The notes under the pieces were generated by a model. The model was not told the DNA's origin. It did not search any database and saw nothing but the letters and a program-made list of their open reading frames with translations. A stretch of DNA of 64,000 nucleotides, taken from an uncultured Armatimonadetes bacterium. GTDB taxonomy: Bacteria > Armatimonadota > Hebobacteria > Hebobacterales > Hebobacteraceae. Position numbers and translations under genes: made by a program. Of this stretch, positions 27,420-36,915 are shown piece after piece; positions within the stretch are counted from its first letter, which is position 1, and every line of letters begins with the position of its first letter. The stretch lies in the NCBI GenBank assembly GCA_963716175.1, contig OY970296.1, positions 544,001 through 608,000 of the forward strand, read 5' to 3'.

Positions 27420-28025
27420 GTGCGCGAAAGACCTAGCCAATCACTGGTGCTATGCCGGGCCGTGGGGGCGGCCGGCGCTTGCTTTCTCGCCTTGGGTCTG
27501 CTCTCTGCTCCCGGGCCGCCGGCCGGCGCTTCGGGCGCGCCCGCCAGGAGTACGGCCGCGCGCTGGTCCCTGACCAGCAGGGCCTTCCGCCACAATGGGC
27601 GGATCCCGCCCAAGTACACCTGCGACGGGAAGGATGTCTCGCCCGACCTGTCGTGGACGGCGCCGCCGACAGGCGCGGTGCAACTGGCGCTGATCTGCGA
27701 TGACCCCGACGCGCCTCGCGGCAACTTCACCCACTGGGTGCTGTATGCGCTTCCGGCAGGGCGGCGTTCTCTGCCCGAGGCCGTGCCCACCTCCGATACG
27801 CTTCCGAAGCTGGGGAACGCGAAGCAAGGCCGCAACAGCTTTGACGCCATCGGCTACCGCGGCCCCTGTCCGCCCAAAGGTCCGGCGCACCGCTACCGTT
27901 TCCGCCTCTATGCTCTGAATGCTGCCCTCAACCTGCCCCCGGGCCTGCAGCGGGGAGAGCTCGAGAAGGCGATGAAGGGCCACATACTGGGCCAGACCGA
28001 GCTGGTCGGGCTCTACTCCCGCTAA
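27420..28025 (+). CDS. YbhB/YbcL Raf kinase inhibitor-like (PEBP) exported protein
   Basis: KYTCDGKDVSP, DDPDAPRGNFTHW, GYRGPCPP, HRYRFRLYAL. GTG start after RBS AAGGAG; signal peptide. Confidence 0.9.
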   Translation: MRERPSQSLVLCRAVGAAGACFLALGLLSAPGPPAGASGAPARSTAARWSLTSRAFRHNGRIPPKYTCDGKDVSPDLSWTAPPTGAVQLALICDDPDAPRGNFTHWVLYALPAGRRSLPEAVPTSDTLPKLGNAKQGRNSFDAIGYRGPCPPKGPAHRYRFRLYALNAALNLPPGLQRGELEKAMKGHILGQTELVGLYSR

Positions 28026-28124
28026 CGGGCTTCGCCGAACGCAGTGATGGCGAAACCCCTCAGGGCGCTTCCGAGGGCGCTGAGAAGCACGGCGCCCACT
28101 ACCTCGATATGCGAACATCACTAG
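28022..28124 (+). repeat. 103-bp dispersed structured repeat (MITE-like), copy 2
   Basis: CTAACGGGCTTCGCC...GAACATCACTAG; aligns with the reverse complement of 13477-13579. Confidence 0.85.
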
Positions 28125-28129
28125 CGCCC

Positions 28130-28159
28130 GTAGGGCGGGCATGGCTGGCCATGCCCGCC
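28130..28159 (+). repeat. GTAG-type REP-like palindrome
   Basis: GTAG-GGCGGGCATGGC-TG-GCCATGCCCGCC. Related copies at 6877, and weaker ones near 6465 and 17696. Confidence 0.6.
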
Positions 28160-28170
28160 GCATCCACAGG

Positions 28171-28587
28171 TCAGGCCAAAGCGCGTCCGGTCGTCGTGCA
28201 CACCAGCTTGCCGTGCTTCACCCCTCGGGTGCTGATCAGGCGGTCGGCAATGGCCTGCACCTGCCGCGCCAGGCCCTTGACCACAATCACCTCGAGGCAG
28301 TTGTGCTCGTCCAGATGCACGTGGGTGGAGCAGCAGATCTCGGCGTGGTAATGGTGCTGAAGCTCGGTCAAGGCCTGCGTTAGCTCCCGCGTAGCGTGGC
28401 CGTAGACGACCGTGATCGTCCCCACCACCGCCCCGGCATGGCCCTCCCATTCCCCCTCCACCAGGTAATCGCGGATGACATCTCTGATCGCCTCGGAACG
28501 GGTGCGGTATCCCTGCTTGCGCAGGCGCCTGTCGAAGGCCTCAACCAACTGCTGGGGGATGGAGACTCCGAAGCGCACGAGCGGCAT
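28171..28587 (-). CDS. nikR: nickel-responsive transcriptional regulator NikR
   Basis: RHH domain VRFGVSI...TRSEAIRDVIR; Ni site QHHYH, STHVHLDEHNCLEV; GVKHGKL. RBS GAGGTGA. Confidence 0.96.
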   Translation of the reverse strand: MPLVRFGVSIPQQLVEAFDRRLRKQGYRTRSEAIRDVIRDYLVEGEWEGHAGAVVGTITVVYGHATRELTQALTELQHHYHAEICCSTHVHLDEHNCLEVIVVKGLARQVQAIADRLISTRGVKHGKLVCTTTGRALA

Positions 28588-28601
28588 GCCAATCACCTCG
28601 C

Positions 28602-28733
28602 CTAGAGCGCATTTCATAACCTACCTGCTGGCTGGCCGCACCACGCCCTCGCATGAAATGCGCCTGCCACGGCCTGACGTTGTGCAGTGCTGTTTCATAA
28701 CCTCCCCTGGGAAGGTTATGAAACAGCTTCTAG
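28602..28733. mobile_element. 132-bp MITE-like element with imperfect terminal inverted repeats and CTAG at both ends
   Basis: Left end CTAGAGCGCATTTCATAACCT; right end AGGTTATGAAACAGCTTCTAG (rc CTAGAAGCTGTTTCATAACCT). Two internal hairpins reuse the TIR motif. Confidence 0.6.
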
Positions 28734-28749
28734 TCAGCCGATGGAAGGC

Positions 28750-28778
28750 ATGCTAGTACGCCCCTCGCCGATTGTCAA
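28750..28778 (-). promoter_or_regulatory. sigma70-type promoter for nikR
   Basis: Minus strand TTGACA, 17 bp, TAGCAT. Confidence 0.6.
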
Positions 28779-29228
28779 ACTGATCACGGAAGCGGTGGCA
28801 CACAGACAAGGGGTGGGGTGAGAACGGCTAGGTCGCCCAAGGGCGACCGCACGATGCTCTCGCCCTCCTCCCTCAGGGGAGAGGTGAGAATCGAGAGAGG
28901 AGGGTCCTCCCTCCCCTCTCGGATTGCGCCAAGCCTCACGATATCCTCAAATAAGGCAGGCCTCCGCACGTCAGAGGGGGGGTTAGCGCGGAGGCCCTGT
29001 CTGCGATGGAGCGCTTGGCTCCATGGTAGGCGCAGACGCCTCTTGATTCCCCACGCGCCCGCGTTCCAAACCTGGCCCTCGGATCTTTTTGTGGGGACAC
29101 CTGCGCTGCCCCCCATCTTTCGCCTTTGGCAGGAGCGCCGCTCTGCACCTGGAAAACCCGGCTCCAGGACGGAATGCTCGCCGGCATGAGGGCCCTCGGC
29201 TCTTGTCGCCGCGCTGACGAGGCAGCAA

Positions 29229-29564
29229 GTGGAGATCCTGGTCAAGTCCGCTCTCGGCGGCCTGCTGATTGCGCTCCTGCTCAGCTTTGCCCGCCGCGGC
29301 AATTACATCGTCACCGGGCTGCTGGTCTCGGTTCCCGCGATTTCGCTCTACACCTGGTGGTGGGTGGGCAGAGAAGAGGGCTCGCAGGCCCTACGCACCG
29401 CGGTCCGCGCCGCCATGTGGAGCGCCATTCCCTGGGTGATCTACCTGTTCGTGGTCTACCTGCTGGCCGGCCGCCTTCCTCTTTGGATGGCCCTGCTCTG
29501 CGGCGTGGTGAGCTACCTGATCTTCGCCGCCATCTTCCTGGTGGTGCTCGAAGCTCGCGGCTAG
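29229..29564 (+). CDS. GlpM family small membrane protein
   Basis: ILVKSALGGLLIALL...NYIVTGLLVSVPAISL...WSAIPWVIYL; four TM helices, 111 aa. Confidence 0.78.
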   Translation: MEILVKSALGGLLIALLLSFARRGNYIVTGLLVSVPAISLYTWWWVGREEGSQALRTAVRAAMWSAIPWVIYLFVVYLLAGRLPLWMALLCGVVSYLIFAAIFLVVLEARG

Positions 29565-29637
29565 CCGACTGGCGGGTCGCGGTCCTGGCCTTCCCGCGCC
29601 CTGCCCAATCTGGTAAGCTAGCCCTGACCGCGCTGTC

Positions 29638-29726
29638 GCCGGAGTGGCGGAACTGGCAGACGCACGGGACTTAAAATCCCGCGGGCCGCGAGGCCCGTCC
29701 GGGTTCGAAACCCGGCTCCGGCACCA
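29638..29726 (+). tRNA. tRNA-Leu(TAA)
   Basis: Acceptor stem GCCGGAG/CTCCGGC-ACCA; D-loop TGGCAGA; anticodon arm CGGGA-CTTAAAA-TCCCG; long variable arm; T-arm CCGGG-TTCGAAA-CCCGG. Confidence 0.96.
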
Positions 29727-29816
29727 CCTCACCCCGGGAGAGCGACACTCCCGGCGCCCCTCAAAACCCAACAGGGTTTTGCTTGCCGGGATGTAATAGG
29801 TGCGCGGGAGGCGACC

Positions 29817-31373
29817 ATGGAGACTATCCTGTCCGCCTTGGGACTCGCCATCGGCCTGCTCGCGGCCCTGTTTTCCTTCGTCGTCCCGGTGCTTTCCGCT
29901 CCCCCCACGCCTGCGGCGAAACGGCCCCGCATCAGCGGCGGCCTGTGGGTCGCGCTGGGCCTGGTGCTGGGGCTCTTCCTGCTCACTCTGCCGACCACAC
30001 CGCCCTTCTCGCCGGGGCAGCGATTGGGCTGGGGCTTTCTCATCGGCGGGGCGGCGGCGCTGATCGCGGCGCTGGCCTGCTGTCGCCTGGTGAACCCGGG
30101 GCGCGCCTACTGGCCCTATGCCTCCGGGGTCGCGCTATCCCTCGCACTCAGCGCGGTGTCGCTGGCGGTGCTCCTATTTCAGGGCGATCCTGGGGATGCG
30201 CTGATAGGATGCGCGCTCGGCTTCACGGTGGTGGCCGGTGTGTTGCGCACGGTCTACGGAACCAGTCGGGCCCCGGACCTGTTCCGCGGGCTAGAAGCAG
30301 GCGCCGTCTTGGCAGCCATGCTCGCGGCCTCCGTGAGTCTGGCCATCTTCCGTTTTGACCGAGTGAGCCAGCGCGGATGGTGGGCCTGCCCACTGGCGCT
30401 GGCAGCCTTCTGGCTCCTGGGGCAACTGATCTCTTACTCTGCCACCGCACGGAAATCCCTGCTGAGACACCCGGCCATCGCGCTCGCCATCTCGGCTGCC
30501 GTGTCGGCGATCCTTGCCGTCGTCCTGGGCAGCATGCTCGGCCTGCGGCTAGAGCCAGCCCGGCCTCTTCTCTGGCTCTTGCTCGCCGGGGTCTTCACTG
30601 CCGCCCTCATCATCTGGCTCACCACGACGGCACACCAGGAGCCCGCCGCCTGGCCCCTTTGGATTCAGGTGTCGGGCCTGGTGGTGCTTCTCACCATCTT
30701 CCTGCTGGTGGTGAGCTTCAAGCTCTTCACCGGCTTAGGCGCGGCGGTGGCGCTGCTGGCGGCCTGGGCAGTGGTGGCGCCTGCGCTGGCGATGGGAGGA
30801 ATGACCGCCCGCCTACCCCTCCAGGCCTTGATGATCGGCGCCAACTTCCTGCTGCTCCAGCTCTTTCTCGAGCGCGGGGGCACGTCGGCCGGGGAAGCGG
30901 AGATGGCCCTGCACTACACCCTGGTGGGTGTCGTGCTGGGGGTGCTGCTGCCGGCCGTCTACTCCTCGCTCCTGCTCCACCCAGGGGTGGCTCGCACCTT
31001 TGTGCTGGGCGTCCTGGGTGCTCTCTCCCCGCTGGTAGTGCTTGCCTTCTGGGGTCCGGACGCGATCCTGGGACTGCTGGTCGGGCTGGTGGCGCGGCAG
31101 GGAGTGGGTGTCGGCTTCGTGGCGCTGGGCGCGGCGAGCGAGAGATGGACTCCCTGGCAGGCGCCCACGGGCCTGCTCAGCCTGGGCATGGGCCTCGCCG
31201 CCGCCCAGTTCAGCCGGTCCTTCGCTTCTCTTTACCAGATACCGGTGCGCGACAAAGTCTATCTTGCTGGGGCCATTGGGCTGCTGCTGGTGCTCGCAGT
31301 CACCGCACTCTGGCTCGCTCGATTGCTGCGGCTGCGGCGGGGCGCCCCGGCCGATATCGGGGCTGAGATATGA
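29817..31373 (+). CDS. polytopic integral membrane protein of unknown function
   Basis: About 15 hydrophobic helices. RBS GGGAGG; stop overlaps the A2M start (ATGA). Confidence 0.82.
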   Translation: METILSALGLAIGLLAALFSFVVPVLSAPPTPAAKRPRISGGLWVALGLVLGLFLLTLPTTPPFSPGQRLGWGFLIGGAAALIAALACCRLVNPGRAYWPYASGVALSLALSAVSLAVLLFQGDPGDALIGCALGFTVVAGVLRTVYGTSRAPDLFRGLEAGAVLAAMLAASVSLAIFRFDRVSQRGWWACPLALAAFWLLGQLISYSATARKSLLRHPAIALAISAAVSAILAVVLGSMLGLRLEPARPLLWLLLAGVFTAALIIWLTTTAHQEPAAWPLWIQVSGLVVLLTIFLLVVSFKLFTGLGAAVALLAAWAVVAPALAMGGMTARLPLQALMIGANFLLLQLFLERGGTSAGEAEMALHYTLVGVVLGVLLPAVYSSLLLHPGVARTFVLGVLGALSPLVVLAFWGPDAILGLLVGLVARQGVGVGFVALGAASERWTPWQAPTGLLSLGMGLAAAQFSRSFASLYQIPVRDKVYLAGAIGLLLVLAVTALWLARLLRLRRGAPADIGAEI

Positions 31374-34300
31374 AGCGCTCTCAGGGGCCCCTCTTGGCGT
31401 CCTGCCTGGCCGGCCTGTGGCTGGTCGGGATCATCGCCTATCTCGCCCAGCAGGAAGTGCCAAGGGGAGGGCTGCAAGGCAATGCGGTGGCCGAGGAGAG
31501 TGGAGAGCCGCTGCCTGGCGCGGTCATCCACCTGTCCCGGTCCAGCGGCGCGCCCACTACTGAGAGCACAGAGTTCACTTTCCGCACCCGCGGCGACGGA
31601 AGCTTCAGGATCAGGCGCATCCCGGCGGGCGGCTATCGGCTGGAGGCCTCTTCCCGCGCCCACAAGCTGGGACCGGTCTCTCTAACCGTAGAAGAGGGTA
31701 GAGCGCGTCCAGTCACGCTGGAACTGTCCCCGATCCCATCGTTTCTCCATCTCAGCATTTCCCAGCACACGGTGACTCCGGATGAGATGCCCCAGGTGCT
31801 GGTCCGGGGCTTCGTGCAAAGCCAGGCGCTCGACTTCCGATGCTACCGGATTGACCCGGCGGCTCTTTTCGAGCGGGCACGCGGCAACCTGAGGTCACTG
31901 CTGCCGGCCGCCGAGCCGTCAGTTCCATCGCTGGATTCTGCTCCCGCGCTCACGCCGGCTGCTCAGCTCTCGGCGCCCCTTACCCGGCGCGACCCGGAGG
32001 GGCTGTTCCGCCAGCGCGTTGACCTATCGGGCTTGCGCGGGCAACCCGGCATCTACCTGGTGGTGGCAAGCGCGGATGCGGTGGAGGAGAAGGACTGGGT
32101 GATGGTGACTCGCCTGGGCATGGTCCTCAAGCGCTGGGGGGACCAGGCGCTGGCCTTCGTGGCGGATCTCAAGTCCGGGCAGCCGGTTCCGGGAGCGGCT
32201 GTTCGGTTCTCCGTCGGGAACGGCAGGGCCGTCTCCACAGAGACCGACCAGGAGGGCATCTGCCAGGTTCGCCTCTCTCTCCGCACGGGGCAGGAGCAGT
32301 CGCTGTTGGTACGGGCGGAGAAGGATGGCTCCCAGGCCTTCCTGCGCGCCGACATTTATGCGGGAGAGGAAGCGGGCCAGGAGCGCATCTACTCCTACAC
32401 CGATCGGCCGGTCTATCGCCCCGGGCAAATGGTCGACTTCAAGGGCATCGCGCGCCGCTTCGCAGGCGCCAACTACTCCGTTCTCGCCGGAGAGGCGATG
32501 CAGGTCCAGGTATGGGACCCGTGGGGGACGCTCGTCTACAAGGACAGCCTGAACACAGACCGATTTGGCTCCTTCCACGGCCAGCTCCATCTCAACGAGG
32601 AAGCGGCGACAGGCCTGTATCGCCTGCTGACCGCCCTGGAGGGAAGACCTCACGAGTCCTACTTCAAAGTGGCGGAGTATCGCAAGCCCGAGTACACGGT
32701 GACCGTCAAGACCGGAAAGAAGCGCTACCTCCGCGGCGAGACGATTCGGGTGGAGGCCTCGGCCCAATACTACTTCGGAGCACCGGTGGCCGGCGCGCAG
32801 GTGCGTTACCTGGTGCGCCGATCCCCTTACTTCTTCTACCCTGCGGAGGACGAGGAATATGCGGCCGAGCAGGAGACGCCGGAGTATGAGGGCGAGGGAG
32901 AGGGGTACGGGTACGGCGAGGTGGTGGAGGAAGGCAAGGCGGAGACCGATGGTGAGGGCCTTGCTCGATTCGCCATCAGCACCAAGCGCCCGGTAGCCCT
33001 GAGCCGGCGCGCGGAGGAAGGTGAGGAGGAGGCGCGCGACTACCAGTACACCGTAGACGTCACGGTCACCGACCCCAGCCGCAAGGAGGTGGGAGGCCAG
33101 GGCTCTGCCCTTGTCACCCAGGGTGAGTTCGCGCTTCTCGTGAGGCCCACGCGCAACATCGCCACCCCAGGCGAGCCCACCGAAGTGGAGATCCTGGCTC
33201 GCGACTACGATGGCCGACCGGTGCACGGGGTGCGGGTGGACCTGGCCGCGGGGATAGAGCTTTGGCAGGGCCGAGAATCGAAATTCGAGGAGGAAGCGCG
33301 CGGCTCGCTGGTGACCGACGAGAAGGGCAAGGGCCTGTTTCACTTCACCCCTCAGAGCCAGGGGTCGTACCGAATCCAGGCTCGGGCCTCGGATCGCCTG
33401 GGCAACCAACTGCGCGGCAGCAGCTACGTCTGGGCCTTTGGCGAGGAGTACTCCGACCTCGAGATGCCCTACCCGGAGCTTCAGATCGTCACCAGCAAAC
33501 CGGTCTACCGCCGGGGCGAGACTGCTGTCCTGCTGATCAACAGCAAGCTCAAGGGCGCCACCGCGCTGCTCACGGTGGAGGGACTCAGGATCTACGAGCA
33601 TCGCCTGGTCACCCTGAGAGGTAACTCCACCCGGGTGGAAGTGCCGGTGAAGCCCGAGTACGCACCCAACTTCTTCGTCGCTGTGGCGGTGATCCGGAAC
33701 GCTCGCTTCGCCGAGCAAGAGAAGCGCGTCAGGGTGTCGGTGGAGGAGCGCCAACTGCAGATCTCGGTGAAGCCGAACAAGGAGCGCTACACACCTGGCG
33801 AGCGGGCGGTCTACGGACTGCGAACCGCCGATTGGCAAGGCCGGCCGACACCTGCGGAGCTTTCGGTGGGCGTGGTGGACGAATCCATCTATGCCATCCA
33901 GGGGGAGATGGTCGAGCCCATGCTCCGCTTTTTCTACCCACCGCGGGAGAACTCGGTCTCTACCTCCTATTCGTTTGCCCAGATCTACCTGGACGCGAAC
34001 AAGGAGCCTGCGAGCGTAAAGGTGCGCAAGCGCTTCCCGGATACTGCCTACTGGAATCCCACCGTGATCACCGGCGCCGACGGCCGGGCCCAGGTTTCCT
34101 TCCTCATGCCCGACACTCTCACCACCTGGCGGGCCACTGTCCGCGGCGCCACCCTGGACACCGCAGTGGGCGAGGCCGTGGCCAAGGTCAAGTGCAGCAA
34201 GGACTTATTGGTCAGACTGGAGATGCCTCGCTTCCTCACCCAGAAGGACCGCGCCACCCTGTCGGCAGTGGCGCACAACTACACTCGCGTCAGCCAATCC

Positions 34301-36118
34301 CTCGACCTCCGACTCGAGGCGGAGGGGCTGCGGTTCCTCAGCGGGCCGAAGTCTCGAGAGCGAGTGAGCTTCCCGCTCGCGGCAGACGGAGTGAGGCGAC
34401 AAGATTGGCAAGTGGAAGCCCCAGGGCCGGAAGCGGTCGAGGTCACGGCCTACCTGCAGGCTGAGGGCGGGCTCTCGGATGCCATGGCGCTTCCGCTGCC
34501 AGTACGACCTCACGGTCGGGAGCGCGTGGAGTGGCGCAGCGGCGCGGTGTCCACCAGCGCCACCGAGCGCTTGCCGGTGAGGAAGGATGCAGTGGCCCGA
34601 GCGAGTGAGCTGGGGGTGCGCCTCTCGCCTTCCATCGCCTCCGTGGTGCTGGGCGCGCTGGACTATCTGGCTCACTATCCCTATGGCTGCACCGAGCAGA
34701 CCATGAGCGCGTTTCTCCCGGATGTGATGGTGGCGCGAGCACTGCGCGAACTCGGCCTCCCCAATGCCCGGCTCGAGCAGAAGCTGCCGGACATGGTGCA
34801 AGCCGGCCTCAACCGGCTCTATGGCTACCAACACGATGATGGCGGCTGGGGCTGGTGGCGCTACGACCAGTCGGAGCCCTGGATGACCGCCTACGTGGTT
34901 TTCGGCCTGATCATGGCCAAGCAGAACGGCTTTCCGGTGAACGAGGCCGCGCTCAGCCGCGGGGTGGACTGGCTCGCCAACTGGGTGAAGCGTCACCCCC
35001 CGGCCCCTATCCGAGAGCGCATCTACCCCCTGTATGTGCTGTCACTAGCGGGGCGAGGCCGCCCGGTGGACGAGCAGCTATCGGGCCTCTATCGCGCCCG
35101 CGGCTCGCTTGATGCGCACACGCTCGCGCTGCTCACCTCTGCGCTGCTGGCTCGGGGGCGAGAGGCGCCGGCGCGCGCCGCGGCCGCCCAGCTCTGGCGG
35201 CAAGGGCAAGAGACTCAGGCGCTGCTCTCCTGGAGAGGAGGAAACGACTGGGGGCGAGCCGACAACACCGAGACCACAGCCCTGGCCTTCCAGGCCCTCG
35301 CTGAGCTGTTCCCCGACGACCCCCGCCTGTTCAAGGTGGTCCGCTGGCTGGTGCTGAACCGGGAGGGCAACCACTGGGTCTCCACACGGGACACGGCGTT
35401 CATCGTCTACGCCCTCACCGATTTCCTCCAGCGCTCACAGGAGCTGAAGCCCGACTATGAGGCCGCGGTCGCCCTGAATGGAAAGCCCATCCTGACGCGG
35501 AGGTTCACTCAGACCGATCTCTTCTCCCCCGAGGTGGAGATCAAGGTGTCAGGCAGCTCCCTGCGGCAGGGCGACAACCTGCTCTCGATCGACAAGCAAG
35601 GAGCGGGGAACCTCTACTATACGCTGATGCTGCGGCAATTCGTGGGCCAGGAGGATATCACGAAGCTGATCACGGGCGCCGGGATCTCGGTAGACCGCCA
35701 GTACTATCGCATGGCCACTGAGCGCGGCCTCCGCGGCGGGGCGATCACGATCGCGCCCGCGCCTCGCCCCACCACCGACTTCCGGTCGGGCGAGGCCATC
35801 CTGGCGCGATTGACCATCACCAGCCCGCGCCAGTACGACTATGTGGTGGTGGAGGACCCCCTCCCGGCCGGCTGCGAGGCCGTGGAGCAGGGCGACCTCT
35901 TCCCTTGGGAATGGGACCGCTGGTATTCGGACATGGAGGTGCGCGACGAGAAGGTGGCTGTCTTCGCTCGCCGCCTGCCGGCCGGGAAGAGCACTATCGA
36001 GTATCACCTGCGCCCACAGATCCCGGGGCAGTACCACGTGATGCCGACTGAAGTCTACGCTATGTATAACCCGGAGCTGCGGGGCTCGGGAGCCGAGGCC
36101 CGGGTGAGCGTGCGTTGA
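31370..36118 (+). CDS. bacterial alpha-2-macroglobulin family protein
   Basis: YTDRPVYRPG, VAEYRKPEY, RKRFPDTAYWNP, MPDTLTTWR, thioester motif YPYGCTEQ, QHDDGGWGWW, VEDPLPAGCE, YAMYNPE. Confidence 0.95.
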   Translation: MKRSQGPLLASCLAGLWLVGIIAYLAQQEVPRGGLQGNAVAEESGEPLPGAVIHLSRSSGAPTTESTEFTFRTRGDGSFRIRRIPAGGYRLEASSRAHKLGPVSLTVEEGRARPVTLELSPIPSFLHLSISQHTVTPDEMPQVLVRGFVQSQALDFRCYRIDPAALFERARGNLRSLLPAAEPSVPSLDSAPALTPAAQLSAPLTRRDPEGLFRQRVDLSGLRGQPGIYLVVASADAVEEKDWVMVTRLGMVLKRWGDQALAFVADLKSGQPVPGAAVRFSVGNGRAVSTETDQEGICQVRLSLRTGQEQSLLVRAEKDGSQAFLRADIYAGEEAGQERIYSYTDRPVYRPGQMVDFKGIARRFAGANYSVLAGEAMQVQVWDPWGTLVYKDSLNTDRFGSFHGQLHLNEEAATGLYRLLTALEGRPHESYFKVAEYRKPEYTVTVKTGKKRYLRGETIRVEASAQYYFGAPVAGAQVRYLVRRSPYFFYPAEDEEYAAEQETPEYEGEGEGYGYGEVVEEGKAETDGEGLARFAISTKRPVALSRRAEEGEEEARDYQYTVDVTVTDPSRKEVGGQGSALVTQGEFALLVRPTRNIATPGEPTEVEILARDYDGRPVHGVRVDLAAGIELWQGRESKFEEEARGSLVTDEKGKGLFHFTPQSQGSYRIQARASDRLGNQLRGSSYVWAFGEEYSDLEMPYPELQIVTSKPVYRRGETAVLLINSKLKGATALLTVEGLRIYEHRLVTLRGNSTRVEVPVKPEYAPNFFVAVAVIRNARFAEQEKRVRVSVEERQLQISVKPNKERYTPGERAVYGLRTADWQGRPTPAELSVGVVDESIYAIQGEMVEPMLRFFYPPRENSVSTSYSFAQIYLDANKEPASVKVRKRFPDTAYWNPTVITGADGRAQVSFLMPDTLTTWRATVRGATLDTAVGEAVAKVKCSKDLLVRLEMPRFLTQKDRATLSAVAHNYTRVSQSLDLRLEAEGLRFLSGPKSRERVSFPLAADGVRRQDWQVEAPGPEAVEVTAYLQAEGGLSDAMALPLPVRPHGRERVEWRSGAVSTSATERLPVRKDAVARASELGVRLSPSIASVVLGALDYLAHYPYGCTEQTMSAFLPDVMVARALRELGLPNARLEQKLPDMVQAGLNRLYGYQHDDGGWGWWRYDQSEPWMTAYVVFGLIMAKQNGFPVNEAALSRGVDWLANWVKRHPPAPIRERIYPLYVLSLAGRGRPVDEQLSGLYRARGSLDAHTLALLTSALLARGREAPARAAAAQLWRQGQETQALLSWRGGNDWGRADNTETTALAFQALAELFPDDPRLFKVVRWLVLNREGNHWVSTRDTAFIVYALTDFLQRSQELKPDYEAAVALNGKPILTRRFTQTDLFSPEVEIKVSGSSLRQGDNLLSIDKQGAGNLYYTLMLRQFVGQEDITKLITGAGISVDRQYYRMATERGLRGGAITIAPAPRPTTDFRSGEAILARLTITSPRQYDYVVVEDPLPAGCEAVEQGDLFPWEWDRWYSDMEVRDEKVAVFARRLPAGKSTIEYHLRPQIPGQYHVMPTEVYAMYNPELRGSGAEARVSVR

Positions 36119-36128
36119 GGCCAGCGCG

Positions 36129-36881
36129 ATGACATCCCGGGCGACGCTAGCGCTGCTCGCGATCCCCATACTTGCGGGCGCGGCTCTCTTCGCCTGGCTA
36201 CTGCGACTTCCCACCGGAGAGCGCGAAATCGCTGCCTTCTCCACGGGCCTGCGGGGGCGGACCCAGTCCCAGGCACACAACGTGAGGCTCGCACTGGCCG
36301 CGCTGGATGGACTGGTAGTGCCGCCGGGAGAAGACTTCTCGTTCAACTCCGTGGTGGGGCCTTGGACCGCAGATCGGGGTTACCGCAAGGCCCCGGTGAG
36401 CTACTCGGGTGACATGACCCTGGACTGGGGAGGAGGGGTCTGCCAGGCCTCCACCACCGTCTACAACGCGGCGCTCCTCGCCGGCCTGCCGATTCTGGAA
36501 CGGCACCGGCACTACTGGCCCGCCAGCTATGTACCCCCCGGGCAGGATGCGGCCGTGGCTTACCCGAACCTGGACCTCCGATTCCGCAACTCGCTCCGCT
36601 CTCCCATTCGTATCTCCGCCCGCCTCGAGGGTGAGTCCCTGCTCATTCGCTTCTGCTCCCGCCAGCATCCACCCCGCGTGTCCCTGGACCGGAGGGTGCT
36701 CGCAGTCACCGCCCCGACGACAGTGGTCCGGTCACTGCCCCACGGCTTGGCGCGGGGCGTCATCCCGGGCCAAGCCGGATATGAGGTGGCCCTGTACCGC
36801 GTGTTCGCGGCCCACAGTAACCGCAGGGAGCTAGTCTCTTGCGACACCTATCCTCCCCAGAATCGCGTCATCCTGCGATAG
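36129..36881 (+). CDS. VanW family protein (putative L,D-transpeptidase)
   Basis: FSFNSVVGP, GYRKAP, GGGVCQASTTVYNAALLAGL, ERHRH, YVPPGQDAAV, DLRFRN. Confidence 0.9.
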   Translation: MTSRATLALLAIPILAGAALFAWLLRLPTGEREIAAFSTGLRGRTQSQAHNVRLALAALDGLVVPPGEDFSFNSVVGPWTADRGYRKAPVSYSGDMTLDWGGGVCQASTTVYNAALLAGLPILERHRHYWPASYVPPGQDAAVAYPNLDLRFRNSLRSPIRISARLEGESLLIRFCSRQHPPRVSLDRRVLAVTAPTTVVRSLPHGLARGVIPGQAGYEVALYRVFAAHSNRRELVSCDTYPPQNRVILR

Positions 36882-36915
36882 CCCGGCTTTCCTCTGCCGC
36901 AAGCGGCAGCTGGAG

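Noticed and set aside
29638-29726. bldA-like regulation through the rare TTA codon
   Set aside because: TTA codons occur in unrelated genes here (ftsK, A2M, K+ channel, pilins), so there is no sign of restriction to one regulon. A genome-wide count would be needed.
29638-29816. tRNA-Leu as an integration site for a genomic island
   Set aside because: No integrase, no duplicated tRNA 3' end seen elsewhere in the window, and no obvious compositional break downstream.
32024-33838. Long antisense ORFs (also 5821-7314, 42132-43709, 46484-47800, 62255-63709)
   Set aside because: Stop-poor shadow frames typical of high-GC genes. They have no motifs and fully overlap well-supported genes on the other strand.
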